DNA from: Felis catus | Taxonomy: Eukaryota | Length of the DNA stretch: 64,000 nucleotides | Direction: 5' to 3' | Assembly: GCF_018350175.1 (NCBI RefSeq) | Contig: NC_058368.1 | Span: forward strand, 117,864,001-117,928,000 | Shown here: positions 23,876 to 36,690 of the stretch, piece by piece | Layout: each line of letters opens with the position of its first letter | Position numbering within the stretch: position 1 is the stretch's first letter | Position numbers and translations under genes: made by a program | Notes under the pieces: model-generated | What the model saw: the letters and a program-made list of their open reading frames with translations, nothing else | Database searches by the model: none | Told to the model about the DNA's origin: nothing

Positions 23876-24869
23876 CTTTTGTTGATGCCGTTAGTACGTT
23901 CCTACAGCCAAAAACCATGATATAACAATAAAATCCTGAGACTAGAAGGTCACTTAGAGCCATACAGTTTATGTTTGAATATGTTGGAAGACCCCCAGTG
24001 ATGGGGAACTCACCACCTGCAAGAGTTAACTGGATAGTAGATTCTGAATGGTGTACAGGGTGGAGGTGGCAAGGGCATGACTGGCCCTGGAGATGTCTGT
24101 CCTGTAAGTGAAGCCATGGGATTGAGCCTCTCTGAGGAACGTCCCTGCAGCCAGGCCCATGAGGCCTCCTTCTCAGTCCTTCCTCTCTAAAACCTCATTC
24201 TTCTCCCTCGGAAGGGAGCCCTTTCTGCAAGGACTGGTTAAGGTTTATTAGCCCTTAAAATTCCTTCGAGATGAGTTGGTATTTATTTCTCTGCAAAGCT
24301 TATGTAACTGTAAGAGGATACTGGGGCTGCCAAAGCTGTCTGTGGTTTGGATGGGGCTTGCAGCGGTTTTTTTCTGGGAGCTAAATATTAGAATGAATGA
24401 TCTCATACTATCATTTTCTTTGGGAGCCAGTGGTGCTTGTTCCAGTGATACCTGGAGCTCCTCCGAGGCCCCTGAGGTTTTGCTTTAGGCTCATATCTGC
24501 TGGCAGGGCAGAGGGGACAGCGAGAGCACAGATTAGTTTCTTGAGGCAACTCGGCCACTTAACTGCTTCAAGGAGGCTCAGATCTGGGTGGCCCACAGCG
24601 ATTGGGCTGCCGGGGAGATGATGGGGAAGGCCAGTCTTCCCGCCATGGTTGTTCCAATCTGAGATTTTATAAGGAGGCAGACCGGGAACTTGGAACAGGA
24701 GCAGGATTGGGAGGCTCTGACTGCTGGGAAATCACAGGCGACTCCTGAAGAACTGTCAGAGCTGGGGCAGCCTTGTATTGGGAGCCTCTGGCTACTGGAT
24801 AAAAGATGTCAGTTTTGGAGCACTTACTGCATACCGGACAGAAGTTAAGACAGCAAGTCACACGGGGGC

Positions 24870-25270
24870 ATGGAAGGCGGTGGGTTGGAGGGTAGTGAGA
24901 ATGTCTGGGTCTTATCCCAGCTTCCCCAATTACTGGCTAGGTGACATTGGGCACTGGTGTAACCTATCTGCCTTCATCTCTAAAAATGGTGGTATAATAG
25001 CCCTTCTTTTGTGGTTGTTGGGAAGATTAAATGTGATAATTTGGACAAGTTCTTAGCACAATGTTTGGCACTAGTGAAGAGCTCAGAAAAGTTTAGCAAT
25101 TATCATCATCATCATCATCATCATCATCTAATATAATCCTCATAACAGTCCTGTGGTGTAGGACACTTGATCTCACTTTGTGGGGGAAGAAATGAGGCTC
25201 AGAGAGGTCATGTGTTCCAAGTCATATAGTTAATGAGCCACTAGGATAGGATATGAACCTTTCATTCCTG
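24870..25270. mobile_element. Two opposed MIRs flanking an (ATC)9 repeat
   Basis: MIR motifs 'tcatctctaaaaatgg...gaagattaaatg' and 'gaaatgaggctcagagaggtca'; (ATC)9 at 25102-25128. Confidence 0.7.
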
Positions 25271-28224
25271 GTGTTTCTGGGCCTGGAGTTGGGGGAGGTG
25301 GGATTTACTGCATTGATTCCTTCCTTGGGAAACTTGAAAACTGCCACATGCAGGGGTAGAGAAGGGGAATAGCCAGATTCCTTGGCCTTGGAGCCCTGCC
25401 CTCAAAAGGCAAATGGTTCTTGGCAAAGACTTTGAGGAGGCTGCTAGCTTGTGAGCTTCAAGAGGGCTCAAGGACCATGTTGGTCTTGTCCACTGTGTTC
25501 CAGCTCCGAGTACTGTACCTGGCATATGACCGAACCCTAGACTGAACAACTTACAGCTGCAGTGATGCTTTGGGTGCCATCATTTTGTCAAGTGAAGCCT
25601 CGCTTCTTTCTGTTATCAATAACTTCTTTGACCTTAGGGACATGATACACATGGCAGCCACTGGGCTAAGTCCCCTTGGGAACAAAACACTGGAGCAGGT
25701 GAAGAGAAAGGAGGAATCTCTGTGCTGGAGACAGATGTTGTCAGTGGCAGTCAAAGGGCTGGGGTTTGCGAGAGACCGCAGAGAGGAAGGAGTCTTACTG
25801 GGAGCGTTCAAAGCCTTAGTCACAGTGTCTTGAATTTAGTGGGCAAATACTTATAAAACCACCTACTGTGTGACTACAGTGTGCTTGGGGCAGCGCACAC
25901 AGCCTGAATAGATAGATGTGTTTTCTGCCCTCGGGAAAACCCAGTCTGGTGGGCTAAGGATGGCAGAGTAAATCAAACGAGTCATTGTTAATTATAAATT
26001 AGGACAATTGCTATGAATGCTCTGGGTAAAGAGATGAATAATAACAGAGGTAGAATTCTATTTTAGAATAGTCAGGGCGGGCCTCCTGGAGGAGGTAGCA
26101 TTTGAGCTCCTTCGGAAACATTGTATGACCTCAAACTGGACTCGGTTACCCTTTCTGATGGTCAGTGGGGAATTTGAGGCTCTGAGGCCCACAGCTGGTG
26201 CCAGAGCCTAAGGAAAACCATTCAAAGACATTTCTGAAGACAGTGGCTGGCAGGAATCTCAAGAGTAAAGGTTCTGTTCCTTCCTTCCCAGGAGGCTGGA
26301 AATAATTAACAGTGAAGGGGCAAAGAGAGGAGCTTAATTAAAGAAAGAAGCAGATGGTTCTAGCCAGTCAGGTCTGGGGCACCATACATTCCCGTCCCTG
26401 AGGGCATGCATGAAACTTGTTTGCAAGAGTTTTCCCTTGTTTATCCACAAGGTTTGGGATCTCCTTAAATGTTGAGTGTCTGCAGCAAGGCAGGAGTCTG
26501 TGAATTTTTGTTGTCCTTTTTTGCAAAGCCTTTTCAACCTGTAGTGCTCTCTCTTGGTCATTGTGGCCCACACCCCACAGGCCCTGTGGGTTCTACCTTT
26601 AAGTAGGTTTTGCATTCAAATCCATCATCTTCCCTCTAGCCCCCTGCTCTTCCCAGCCCATCTCAGCCCCTACTACCCAATGGGCCACATCCTCTCTCTG
26701 CCACGGGTGCTTTGAAAGACATTGACTTTTCAATATTTTCGTACTGTAATTTGCAACCAAATAGTCAAAGCCCTTCTCCTGGGCCTGGGAGGCCCTGTGA
26801 CCCTGCCTCCTCTACCTCCTCATCTTCATCTTGTACCCTGTGCCTCATGCCCGCTCCGGCCCCACATCCAGCCGGGGCCTGCGCCTAGGCATCTCCCCTG
26901 TCCCAGGATTCTGTCTGATTGGATCAGGTCTGAGCTACAGTGTCACATCCCAGCTGCCTAAATGCAGCAGCAACAATGATTGACATCTAGCCGTTAGTAC
27001 TTAGTAGTGGGAGGCAAGGGGCTCAGTGAGCCTGTTTCCTCTAAATACGGGGCATAGGGAACCACATCTCTGGCAGGAGATGTTTAGTAAATGTTCAAGT
27101 CCCTTTCCTACTTAGACTGCAACGGGAGTATATCCCCTTAGTGTACTTTACATTTTACATTTTCCAGGGCATTTTCCTATTCATGACCTTACTTAAGGCT
27201 CTTGAAACCCTGCCAGTAGGCAGGGTGAATATTGTGATCTCCTTATCAAGCAGGAAGTGGCTTCAGAGGGGCTAAAGCCCTGCTCAGGGTCACACAGGGA
27301 GAATGGGACTGTGATGACAGCTGTACTTGACCTTCTCCAGAGGGTGACAGTGCAGAGGGACCAGATGGAGACCCTGAGAGCCAAAGTCAGCCAGTGTCTA
27401 GGGGTGGTGGTAGGGGAAAGATCTCTGCTTTGCAGGCGTCCCCCACCCCAGCTGCCTGGCCACATGCTCAGACTCTCACTATCCCCAGCCTGAAGCTGGG
27501 GCTCTTGTGCCCATTTTTTCCCACAGCCTTCGCTCTGTCTCAGGTCTCCTCCTGACCACTTCTCTGCTTCCACAGCCTTCCCTTTCCAGGTTACAGCCCG
27601 CCGAGGATGAGGCCCACGTGGCCCCCACCCACCGGTGGTGTGGGGAGCTTGGGCCAAGCGTGGGATTTGACTGTGGGAGGGAGTCACTGGGAAGCTTAAG
27701 CTCCTCCAAACAGCTTTTCTGTGGTCTCCCCATTCTCTGGGCTGGGGTGCATTTCCTAAATGTACCCAGTTAATTACCTCAGTTCTTCCAGGTTGGGGGG
27801 GGGGGCAGGGAGCAGGCAAAGGAAGAAGGTCTTGAGGTCTTTAACCTTGAGAGCTGGCATTCTTGGAACAAAGACACTGCCCACCTGAGGGGCAACAGCA
27901 CTGACATACCAGTGATGGAGGGAGTTTCAGGGGTAGAGGAGGTTCTACTCTGGGGCTGTGCTTTTTACTGCTCTCCCAGCTGGTTGCATGGGCACCTGCT
28001 CCTTGGGGTTGGGAGTAGGTATGGTGAGAAGGTTGGGGGAGGGGGATCATATAGATGAGGGGAAGGGAGGCTTCTCAAAAAGTCAAAAGAGCTGCCTAGT
28101 ATAGCTATGTGGGAAGAAGCTGTCTGAACCCCACCTCTGCAATTTACCACCTGTTTGACCTTATGAAGTGCCTTAACTTTTCTGAACCTCACTTTCCTCA
28201 TCTATATAAAAGCAGGGATAATTC

Positions 28225-28742
28225 TTCTTTTATTAAACAGATATTTTTTGTCTACCTACTGTGTAGTGAACAAGTCAGGAGACAAGATCTCTGCTCTCAT
28301 GGAGCTTGGGGATAGTGGTGGATGAACAGAGATACAGCAATAGTCGACAAACAAAATAATTCTGGGTGTCAGGTCAAAAGCCAAAGGGAGCGGGAAAGAT
28401 GGGCGGATAGAGCAGGACTCTCTGAGGAAGTGATGTTCGACCTGAGACCTGGAGGTGAGAAGTCAGTTCTGCACAGAAATGGAGGAAGAATGTTCTGGGC
28501 AGAGAGAACAGCAAGTGCAAAGGCCCTGAGGTGGAAACAGTCTTGAGGAACAGGCAGTGGCCACAGAATTGTAAGATGTGGTGAGCGAGTGGAAGAGTGG
28601 TTTGAGTGGAGATGGGGGAAGCAGTTAGCAGACAGATTTCTAAGGGCTCTTGAGGCCATGATAGAGTTTGAAAGCTTTTGGAGGGTTTAACTTAAGCAGG
28701 GGAGTGACATGATTGGATTTGTGTTTGAAAAAATCACCCCCT
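28225..28742 (-). mobile_element. L2 fragment embedded in a MIR
   Basis: 'gggcagagagaacagcaagtgcaaaggccctgaggtgg', 'aagcaggggagtgacatgattggatttgtgttt' are antisense L2 motifs. Confidence 0.75.
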
Positions 28743-28944
28743 TGAAATTTCTGAGCTTCATTTACCCACCTTTTAAAATGGACATAATAAAGCATATCTC
28801 CCAGAGCCAGAGCTACTGGAGGGGTTAAAAGACAAGAAAGCAACAAGCAAATTCATTAATATAAATCAATGTGCCACACATGTTAGGGCCACTGTGTAAA
28901 GACCTTAGAAGAGATATGAAGTTCTGTGCTTGGGAGCGGGTAGC

Positions 28945-29300
28945 TCCCAAAGGGTTAATCAAACCTGTCTTGGGAAAAGCAATCCCATTCTGCTAATATA
29001 ATGGTAAAGGATGCAATTCAGGCTGTTTATATTTTAGAGATTCGGTACTCCTATTAAGCAATCACCCTGTTTATGTCACTGCTAATTGAAGTAAATTGCT
29101 TTCTGCAATCAAATCGGGAACTTCCCCTTTCCGATCATGAAGGGACTTGGACTCCGGTTCCTGACTTCCAGTATTTAGTCTGCCTTAAGACTTGCCCTTT
29201 AATTAATTGCATACATTCCACTGATTTCCTTAAACATGCCTTTGGCTTGCTGTTGGGTCGGCCATGCGTTGATTTTGAAATTGCCCTCCGGGATGGGAAG
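28945..29300. promoter_or_regulatory. Candidate enhancer or conserved non-coding element
   Basis: Repeat-free block with 2x TGTTTAT (29024, 29068), CTAATTGA (29082), GGGAACTTCC (29116), TTAATTAA (29199); motif evidence only. Confidence 0.35.
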
Positions 29301-30097
29301 TGTGTCTCCCCAGCCAGCGCAGGTTTCCGGCAGGCGGGGCTGAGGGGGGGCAGGCTTTGAGCAGATGTGAAAGGTAGAGGTGAGCAGCAGGTATGACTGC
29401 TGGTAGTCGGAATGCTCTGGGTGCCGCTGCCTGGTGGAGAGCTGCTCCACTGCCCTGGGACCACCGCCCCCTGTAAATCAGGCTGGAGGCTCAGGCATCT
29501 CCTCTGTCTCCTGCCCTACCTCTGCTCTTGTGAGTGGAACAGGAAGAAAGCAAGGGCAAGGCCAGCAGAGAGCACGTACCTCAGTGAACTCTGATTCTCT
29601 GGCTGCCCTGCCACTGCCACCATCACCACCACACCCCCACCCCCCAAGCTTTCTGTCACGTGCACAGGCTTGCATAGAATGGGAATCCTGGGGACTGAGG
29701 GGCTGAGGGAGAGTTTACCAGAAGACAGAGGCTAGGACCTGGAGCATGGAGGTTGGGTGGGAAGGAGCTGAAGCGTTATTCTGGGAGGAGGGGGCGCAGG
29801 CATCAAGTTCTAAGGCCTGTTGCCCAGCCCCACGGAGGGGTATCCCAGCACTTGCTCCTCATGTTGGTAGTCCGGGGCTAAGGGTAGGGGGGGAGTTATT
29901 TGATGCTGGACAGAACTGTCATTTCGGATGCCCTTGGAATTCATTGTCCTAGCTTTTGTAGGGAGCAGAGAAAATAGGCAGAAAGTGTTCCTGATCATTT
30001 TTCCTCTGTGCCAAAAGAAAATTAAGGACCCTAGGATTCAGTCCAAGGTGAGGTATTTTGGATACTTTACTTTGAGGTGAGGACACTCAACTAAAAT

Positions 30098-30099
30098 CC

Positions 30100-30132
<33 letters not shown>
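30098..30132. repeat. C13(TC)11 compound microsatellite
   Basis: Directly visible. Confidence 0.95.
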
Positions 30133-30435
30133 GATCCGAACGGCATTGCCTGCCTCTGGAATAGCGCTGCACCCGGCCCTGTATTTGAGTTTCTGAGACT
30201 CTGCTGGGTCTGGGGATAAAGACTCAGATCAGACATATTCCTTGCCTGCAAGGAGGGTTTAGTCAGGTAATCAGGAGCTAACTATACTAGCTGTAATAAG
30301 TAGCATTTCTTGAGCACTTACCCTGAGCCAGGCACTGTGCTAAGTGCTTTACATGCATTGACTCATTCACTTCACTATACCCAGATGCAGTGGGACTCAG
30401 TGTATTGACTTTGCAGATGGTAAAGTTGAGGCAGA

Positions 30436-31008
30436 GTCCATTTTGGGAAACGATGCGGTAGTTTCTTAGAGTTAGACAACAATTTAGTATAAAGCCATGG
30501 TATGAGGTACATACCCAGGAGAATTGAAAACGTGTCCACACAGAAACTTAGAGACACATGTTTATAGCAGCACTATGGGTAGTAGCCCCAAACTAGGAAT
30601 AGTTCAAATGTCTATCAGATGATGAATGGATGAGAATATACATATTGTATACAGTGGAGTATTATTTGGCAAATAAAAAGGAATGAAGTGCTGATATATA
30701 TGCTGAGTGAAAGAAGCCAGACACAAAAGGCCGTGTATTGCATGATTCCATTTGTATGAAATATCCAGAAAAGGTGGATCTGGGAAGACAAAAAGTAGAT
30801 TAGTGGTTGCCTGAGGCTAAGGGTAGGAATAAGGATTAACTGTAAATGGGCACAAGAGATATAATGAAGTCATAGAAATGTCCTAAAATTAGATTATGGT
30901 GATGGTTGCACAATTTGGTAAATTTACTAAAGATTATTAAATTGTACACTTAAAGTGGGCAAATATTATGATATGTAAATTATACTTTAATAAAGTTATT
31001 TTAAAAAA
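30436..31008 (+). mobile_element. L1 (L1MB/L1ME-type) 3' end inserted in a MIR
   Basis: 'tacccaggagaattgaaaacgtgtccacacagaaac', 'gctgagtgaaagaagccagacacaaaagg', ends with AATAAA and an A-rich tail. Confidence 0.88.
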
Positions 31009-31018
31009 TTGAGGCTAT

Positions 31019-31232
31019 GGGATGCCTGGGTGGTATAGTCGGTTAAGCATCTGACTTCAGCTCAGGTCATGATCTCACAGTTTGTGAGTTTGAGCCCTGA
31101 TTCAGGCTCCACACTCCCTTTCCCTCTCTTTCTCCCTCTCTGTCCCGCGCTCACTTGGATGTGTGCTCTCTCTGTCTCAAAATATAAGTAAGTAAGTAAG
31201 TAAGTAAGTAAATAAATAAATAAATAAATAAA
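31019..31232 (+). mobile_element. CanSINE with (TAAG)6(TAAA)6 tail
   Basis: SINE head and body; tail at 31185-31232. Confidence 0.92.
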
Positions 31233-31399
31233 GGCTGAGATCTCATAACCTGCCTGAAGTGATTGACGGTTGAAAGATGAAGCAGATATTCAAACCCAAG
31301 CAGCCAGACCAGAACAGACCAGAGACTCATTCCTTTTTTTCTTCTTCCCCAGAGACGCATTATTAACCATTAGGCAACATTGCTACCAGTAAATAGCGC

Positions 31400-31621
31400 T
31401 TTTTTTTTTCCCCACTGTTTATTTGCTTTTGAGAGAGAGCGAGAGCACATGGGGGGATACGTGGGGGAGGGGGGTGGGAGTTGGAGAGAGAAAATTCCAG
31501 GCAGGCTCCACACTGTCAGCACAGAGCCTGACATAGGGGCTCGAACTACAAACTGTGAGATCATGACCTGAACCCAGATCAAGAGTTAGATGCTCATCCA
31601 ACTGCACCACCCAGGCACCCC
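31400..31621 (-). mobile_element. CanSINE
   Basis: Antisense body ending 'cacccaggcacccc'; flanks share aaatagc. Confidence 0.92.
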
Positions 31622-33295
31622 TCCCGGAAATAGCTTTTATCTCGGCTGAGCAGCGGGAAGCTCACACAGGCCTGGGAGTAGGCCGGCATTCTTGAAATGT
31701 TTCTGGAAAGGGTGGCGACGCTTGGTTTGTGTCTTAAGATCTTGTGTATAAGTTCTTCACCAGGAAGCTCTCTGGGCTGCCATCTTTGACCCTCACTTCC
31801 TTCGAAGAGCTGAATCTTGTTGACTAAACAGAAGAGTGAATGCCTAAAGAAGGAGGAGGAGGACACCTGCCATCTTCCTTGCATGAGGAAAATCCATGAT
31901 CGGGTGTTTAATGTGGCCTGGAGAGGTGCTTAGCTGGAGCTGTGGACAGGTAGAAGACTTGCACTGTGGCCCCACTGATGTCCAAGGCTGAGCTTCCCAT
32001 GGCAGAGGCTGTCCCCTGACCCTCTTCGGGGTGGCAGAAGGGAAAACTTCAAGCCTCTTGGGAATTCTTTTTGGAGGTTCCCTCCAGACACACATTTGAA
32101 TTAAGGCCTAGAAGTCGGAGAGAAACAAAAGCTTTAACAGTATTTCCAAAGCCCTTCTGTTTTTGTCTTCTCTGACTTTGTCACAGTGGTGTCTTAAGAG
32201 CAGGGTGGTTAAGAGCCCTCTCCCTGCAGGCAATAAGGGGGGGTGCATTGTCTGCAGAGAATGAAAAGTCAAGAATGAAACTGAGTCAAAGAACTGCTTG
32301 CCATACACCAGCAGTTCTAAACAATGTCAGTGACAAAATAGTCCTCCCCACAGGGCAGGCTGCTCTTCTGCCCTGCCCTGGTATGCTGCTGTTTGGTCAA
32401 GTCAATTTAGTGGCACATCACACAGACTGATTACAAGTTGGCTTAAGCCAAAAAGGTGATGTAGTGCAAGGAAGTGGGGTCCCTCATGGAGAAGCCTGTG
32501 TGCAGTGCCTGCTTTCTCCAGGACCCCGTGACACACCTCTGGCTTTTCTGTGTGTCGACTTCACTGTTTGCTGTCTGGCTTTCTCAACTTTACTGAAGGG
32601 ATGCGACCTCAATTCTAGGAACTAGAAGAGACTGACCCACATCTCTTAGTCCCAGTTTCAAATTCGTGGGAGGCAGAATTGGACCAAAGTGGATCAGGTC
32701 ACCAATCCTAATCCATTGGCCAAAGGAGGGTATACTGAAAACCAGGCTTTTAGAACCCAGGGGGGTAGGGGGTGTGCCAGTCACCCCAAAACATCTACCG
32801 TGTTCACTCAGTATAGTTTGAGAGGAGCTGGACAGTTCTTAACTTGGGACCCCCATGAGTCTCTGTTTCTTTATGATACCTTTTTGTTAAGATACCGAGT
32901 TCCTTATGACATATTCTTTTTTACTTAAGTTACTTAGAGTGGATTTTTATTTCTTCGAACAGGACAGTCCTTGACAAAAAAAAAAAAAAAAAAAAATCAC
33001 TGGATGGGCAAAGGTAGCCTCATAAACAAGGCAGACATCCTTGATTGTAAATAAGGGCTTGCTGGGCAGGGGACAGTTCCCTCGGAATGAGGCACAATTT
33101 TACATGTTCTTGGTTCACAGTGGGGTATTGTCCTTTTCCTTGGAGTAGTTGGAAAATGACATATGTTACCACTGTGTGGAGATCAAAGGCAGGGCCATCT
33201 GTCCTTCTCCCTTCTTGTCCTCTTTCTTTTCCACAGATTTCCATTCTCCCATCCAGACACCTGTCAGTAAGGAATTCCCCAGTCTGAACTTTTCT

Positions 33296-33514
33296 GTCTC
33301 TCTCTCTCTCTTAATGTTTATTTTTGAGAGAGAGACAGAAAGAGACAGAGCATGAGCGGGGGAGCGGCAGAGAGAGAGGGAGACACATAATTCCAAGTAG
33401 GTTCCAGGCTCTGAGCTGTCAGCACAGAGCCCAGTGCAGGGCTCGAACTCAAGAACCATGAGATCATGAGCTGAGCTGAAGTTGGACACTTAACCGACTG
33501 AGCCACCCAGGTGT
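33296..33514 (-). mobile_element. CanSINE (SINEC_Fc-type)
   Basis: Antisense body; TSD agtctgaacttttct (33281-95) / agtctggatttttct (33515-29). Confidence 0.94.
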
Positions 33515-33639
33515 AGTCTGGATTTTTCTAAGGGCAGGCAAGCTTGTCTCTCCCCTGGCTGGGGAACGAGCTCCTCATCGCCAGGCACTGAGGGTCTCTT
33601 GTCATCAGAGGCAGCCTGAGGAGATGCGGTAGGAAGGAC

Positions 33640-34485
33640 CAGCATCACTCATAAAGATTCTTACTAAATGTGTTTAACCTGAATAGAATGAAGCCTTTAC
33701 TTCCAATTTACAGAAATAAGAGGAAAACAGGAACAATTTAAATGACACCATGAAGAAACAGACAAATCCAGAATATGGAGTGTTCAATAAGATAGCAGGC
33801 CTGGGCTTTTCAAAAAACCACTGTCCTCGCAGTGCCTGGGTGACTCAGTCAGTTAAGTCGCCCCACTCTGGGTTTCGGCTTAGATCATGATCTCACATTT
33901 GCTGAGTTCGAGTCTCACATCGGGCTCTGTGGAGCCTGCTTGGGATTCTCTCTTTCCCTCTCTCTTTGCCCCTCCCCCACTCTTGCTCTCTCTGTCTCTC
34001 TCAAAATAAATAAACTTAAAAAAAAAAGCCACTGTCCTTTAAATAAAAGAAATTTGCTGGGGAGTGGGGTGGGGACAGTTGTAGATTAAGAGGGACTAAA
34101 AATGTGTCATAACCACATGCAGTGTACACACTTTGTCTCCTGGTTCAAATAAAGAACAAAGTAAGAAGACATTTTAGGGAGTACTAGAGAAATTTGACCC
34201 TAAACTATTTTGCTGGATACTAGGAAATTGGTGTTCAGGTTCTTAGGTGTGATAGACCGATTATGAGGAGAATGCCATTACTTTGGAAGGTGCGTGAGGG
34301 AATGTTTTCTCATTTTATTTTTTTCTAAATAAAAATCTTACATTTATATATACATATTAAGTAAATATGACAACATACTTACAGTTGTCGAATCCAGGTG
34401 GTTGATATAAGGATGCTCATTTTATTCTTTGAATGTTTCTTACACTTAAAATTTTCATAGTGAAAAGTTGGGAAATAAAAATAAA
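33640..34485 (+). mobile_element. Old L1 (L1ME-type) 3' fragment
   Basis: 'tttaacctgaatagaatgaagcc...agacaaatccagaat', 'gttgtcgaatccaggtggttgatataaggatgctcatt'. Confidence 0.55.
33828..34023 (+). mobile_element. CanSINE
   Basis: TSD aaaaaccactgtcct / aaaagccactgtcct. Confidence 0.93.
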
Positions 34486-34489
34486 GGAG

Positions 34490-34700
34490 TAGGATTAGAC
34501 TTGAAGCCCTGTTCCTTCATTTTTAACTGTGGGCCTTGAGACAATTACAAAAACCTTTTGAGACTCAGTTTTCTTCTCTATAAAATGGGGATAACAATAG
34601 TGCTTACCTCATAGGGGTTTTGTGGAGATTAAGTAGGATCATTTATGTCATGCCCTTGATATGGTGCTTAGTACATAAGGGCTCAGTGAGTTAACTTTGC
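34490..34700 (+). mobile_element. MIR
   Basis: 'ctcagttttcttctctataaaatggggataacaatagtgcttacctcataggg'. Confidence 0.8.
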
Positions 34701-34781
34701 CCACAAATAGCAATAACATTATTAGCTGCCCTGTTAACTTCATCCTTGGTCAGAGTCTGGCTTCTCAGTCAACCAGAGAAT

Positions 34782-35173
34782 TGTCATCAGGGCTGGATGT
34801 CTTCTGTTTGCCCCTCCAGATCCAACCCCTCCCTTCTTTGTGCTTCTCTGTGACTTTAAGGGCTGACCAGGGTGGACCGCTGCACCTCAGGGTTACTTCC
34901 TCTGGCTTTTGCTTTGGTTCGGCCAGTGAGGAGCACCAGCAGGGGACTGGAGAGAGGTGAGAGAGTGAGCTGGGTTGCTTTGGGTGGGCACCATTCCCTC
35001 CTCTGGCCCCTTCAGGCCTAGGGATGTGAAGGCTCCCCCACTATGGCTCGCCCTGGGACACTGCACTATCTCTGTTGCTTTCTTTCACATTTGTAAATAG
35101 GGCCTTTTATTAAAGTGTTCATTGATCCAATTTGAGTATATTACCTGTTTCCTCCCAGAATTCTGACTGACGC
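34782..35173 (+). mobile_element. ERVL LTR (LTR33-like)
   Basis: 'tttgcccctccagatcca', 'ccttcaggcctagggatgtgaaggctcccc', end 'tgtttcctcccagaattctgactgacgca'. Confidence 0.7.
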
Positions 35174-36404
35174 AGCTGATGCAGGGGCAACCATGTACCA
35201 ACCATTTTGCCAGACTCTGAGGGGTATCATAATCAGTAAAACAGAGTAGTCCTATCCCTTCTGGAGTGCGTCGTGTGTTCACCTCGGACCAGTCCCCTTA
35301 GGGATTTCCAAGGTGATACTGGGTCCCCCGTTCCAGTGGACTAGTGGACACAGAAGGACAAGCAAGCACCGCTGCCCCACCTCCACCCCACCGCACACAC
35401 ACGTGGAGAAATCTGACTTGTACCCAGGGATATCTTGGCCTGCCTCAGATCCTCAGACCAGCAAACCAAGAAACATGTTGGCTGTGCCCCCTTTTCTCTA
35501 CTCTGTGTGTCTAGGAGTAAGATCAACACAGCCTCCTTAAATGTCGGAGGTACACTGACAACAGGCAGACAAATGTGGTAACACTTAGCAGGAAGCTGTG
35601 TGCTGCACTAGGCTTCATTAAATCAAGTTTGTGGTGAGAAGAACTCAGAAAGCACATTTGTGTGAGACAATAGGATTAGATCATGTTCTCATCAAGTGTT
35701 TCCTTGAGTCTTCTAAGATCTGTATAAATGACCCCCAAATGAGATGAGGATTTAACACCTTTGGGGAAGCTGGGTGTATAAACTCAGGGCCTCGTTCTGT
35801 ATCTGCTCTGAGAATGGTTTTCGCACTCTCACTGCAAACATGCCGGGGTGGACATCATTTGCGGGCATGGTAAACAGTCCCCACCCTGGTCCTCGTGTAC
35901 TGTATTCAGTGAATGATTTCAAACATCCTTGTGTTCTCCCTGTTGGGAAGCTCCTCAGGGTGGGATCTGTATTTTTGTCCTAACACCAAGGAGATAGCTG
36001 ATGAGCCCTGCGGGTTTGGTAGCTCAGAAAGGGTCCTCTCAGATAGTGCAGTGACTTAATGAAAAACCTTCCTGGGTTGGGCTTCTCAAGGACCTCAGAA
36101 ATCTGAACCATATGGAGAATCTGTCTGCACTTGGGTCCCATCCCCTGGTTCCATGTGTTGGCTGCAAGGTTGTGATTATAACTCCTAAGTACAAGCCTCA
36201 CCCAGAGGTTCCTCTGCATTTGTGATGAGCATATGGACACATGGAAAATAAACAGCTCAAGGAATTTCTGGCTTGGAGGCTGGCTCACAATCAGATGTTG
36301 CAGAAAAGGGAGCAGTCAGGGCAAGTGGAACTTTTGTTAAGTACGTTGTAAACCAGGACAGAGATTCCCTCCTACAGACAGCTTCCCCTAGAAGAAACAG
36401 CCCC

Positions 36405-36690
36405 GTGATGGCACCTGATATTTACAGAGCATTTCTTTATTACATGCCTGGCCCTGGGCCAAGCCCTTGACCAGCATCTTTTTAGCGGATCCTCATAACA
36501 ACCCCCGTGGTAATTAACTGTTGCAGATCTCAGTAATAAAACCCCATTTTACAGACGAGGAAACTCAGAAGGCTAAGAAAAATTCTCCTAAGGTTATACA
36601 GTTTGCAAATAGATAGAAACAGGCCTTGAACCCGGGTCTAGTTAGTGGCAAAAACCCTCTTCCTAACTATTGTCCCATACTGCCACGCTC
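36405..36690 (-). mobile_element. MIR
   Basis: 'ccccattttacagacgaggaaactcagaaggctaag'. Confidence 0.75.

Noticed and set aside
27193..27819. 208-aa ORF on the - strand
   Set aside because: Chance ORF in GC-richer sequence, overlapping MIR-like sequence; no family motif.
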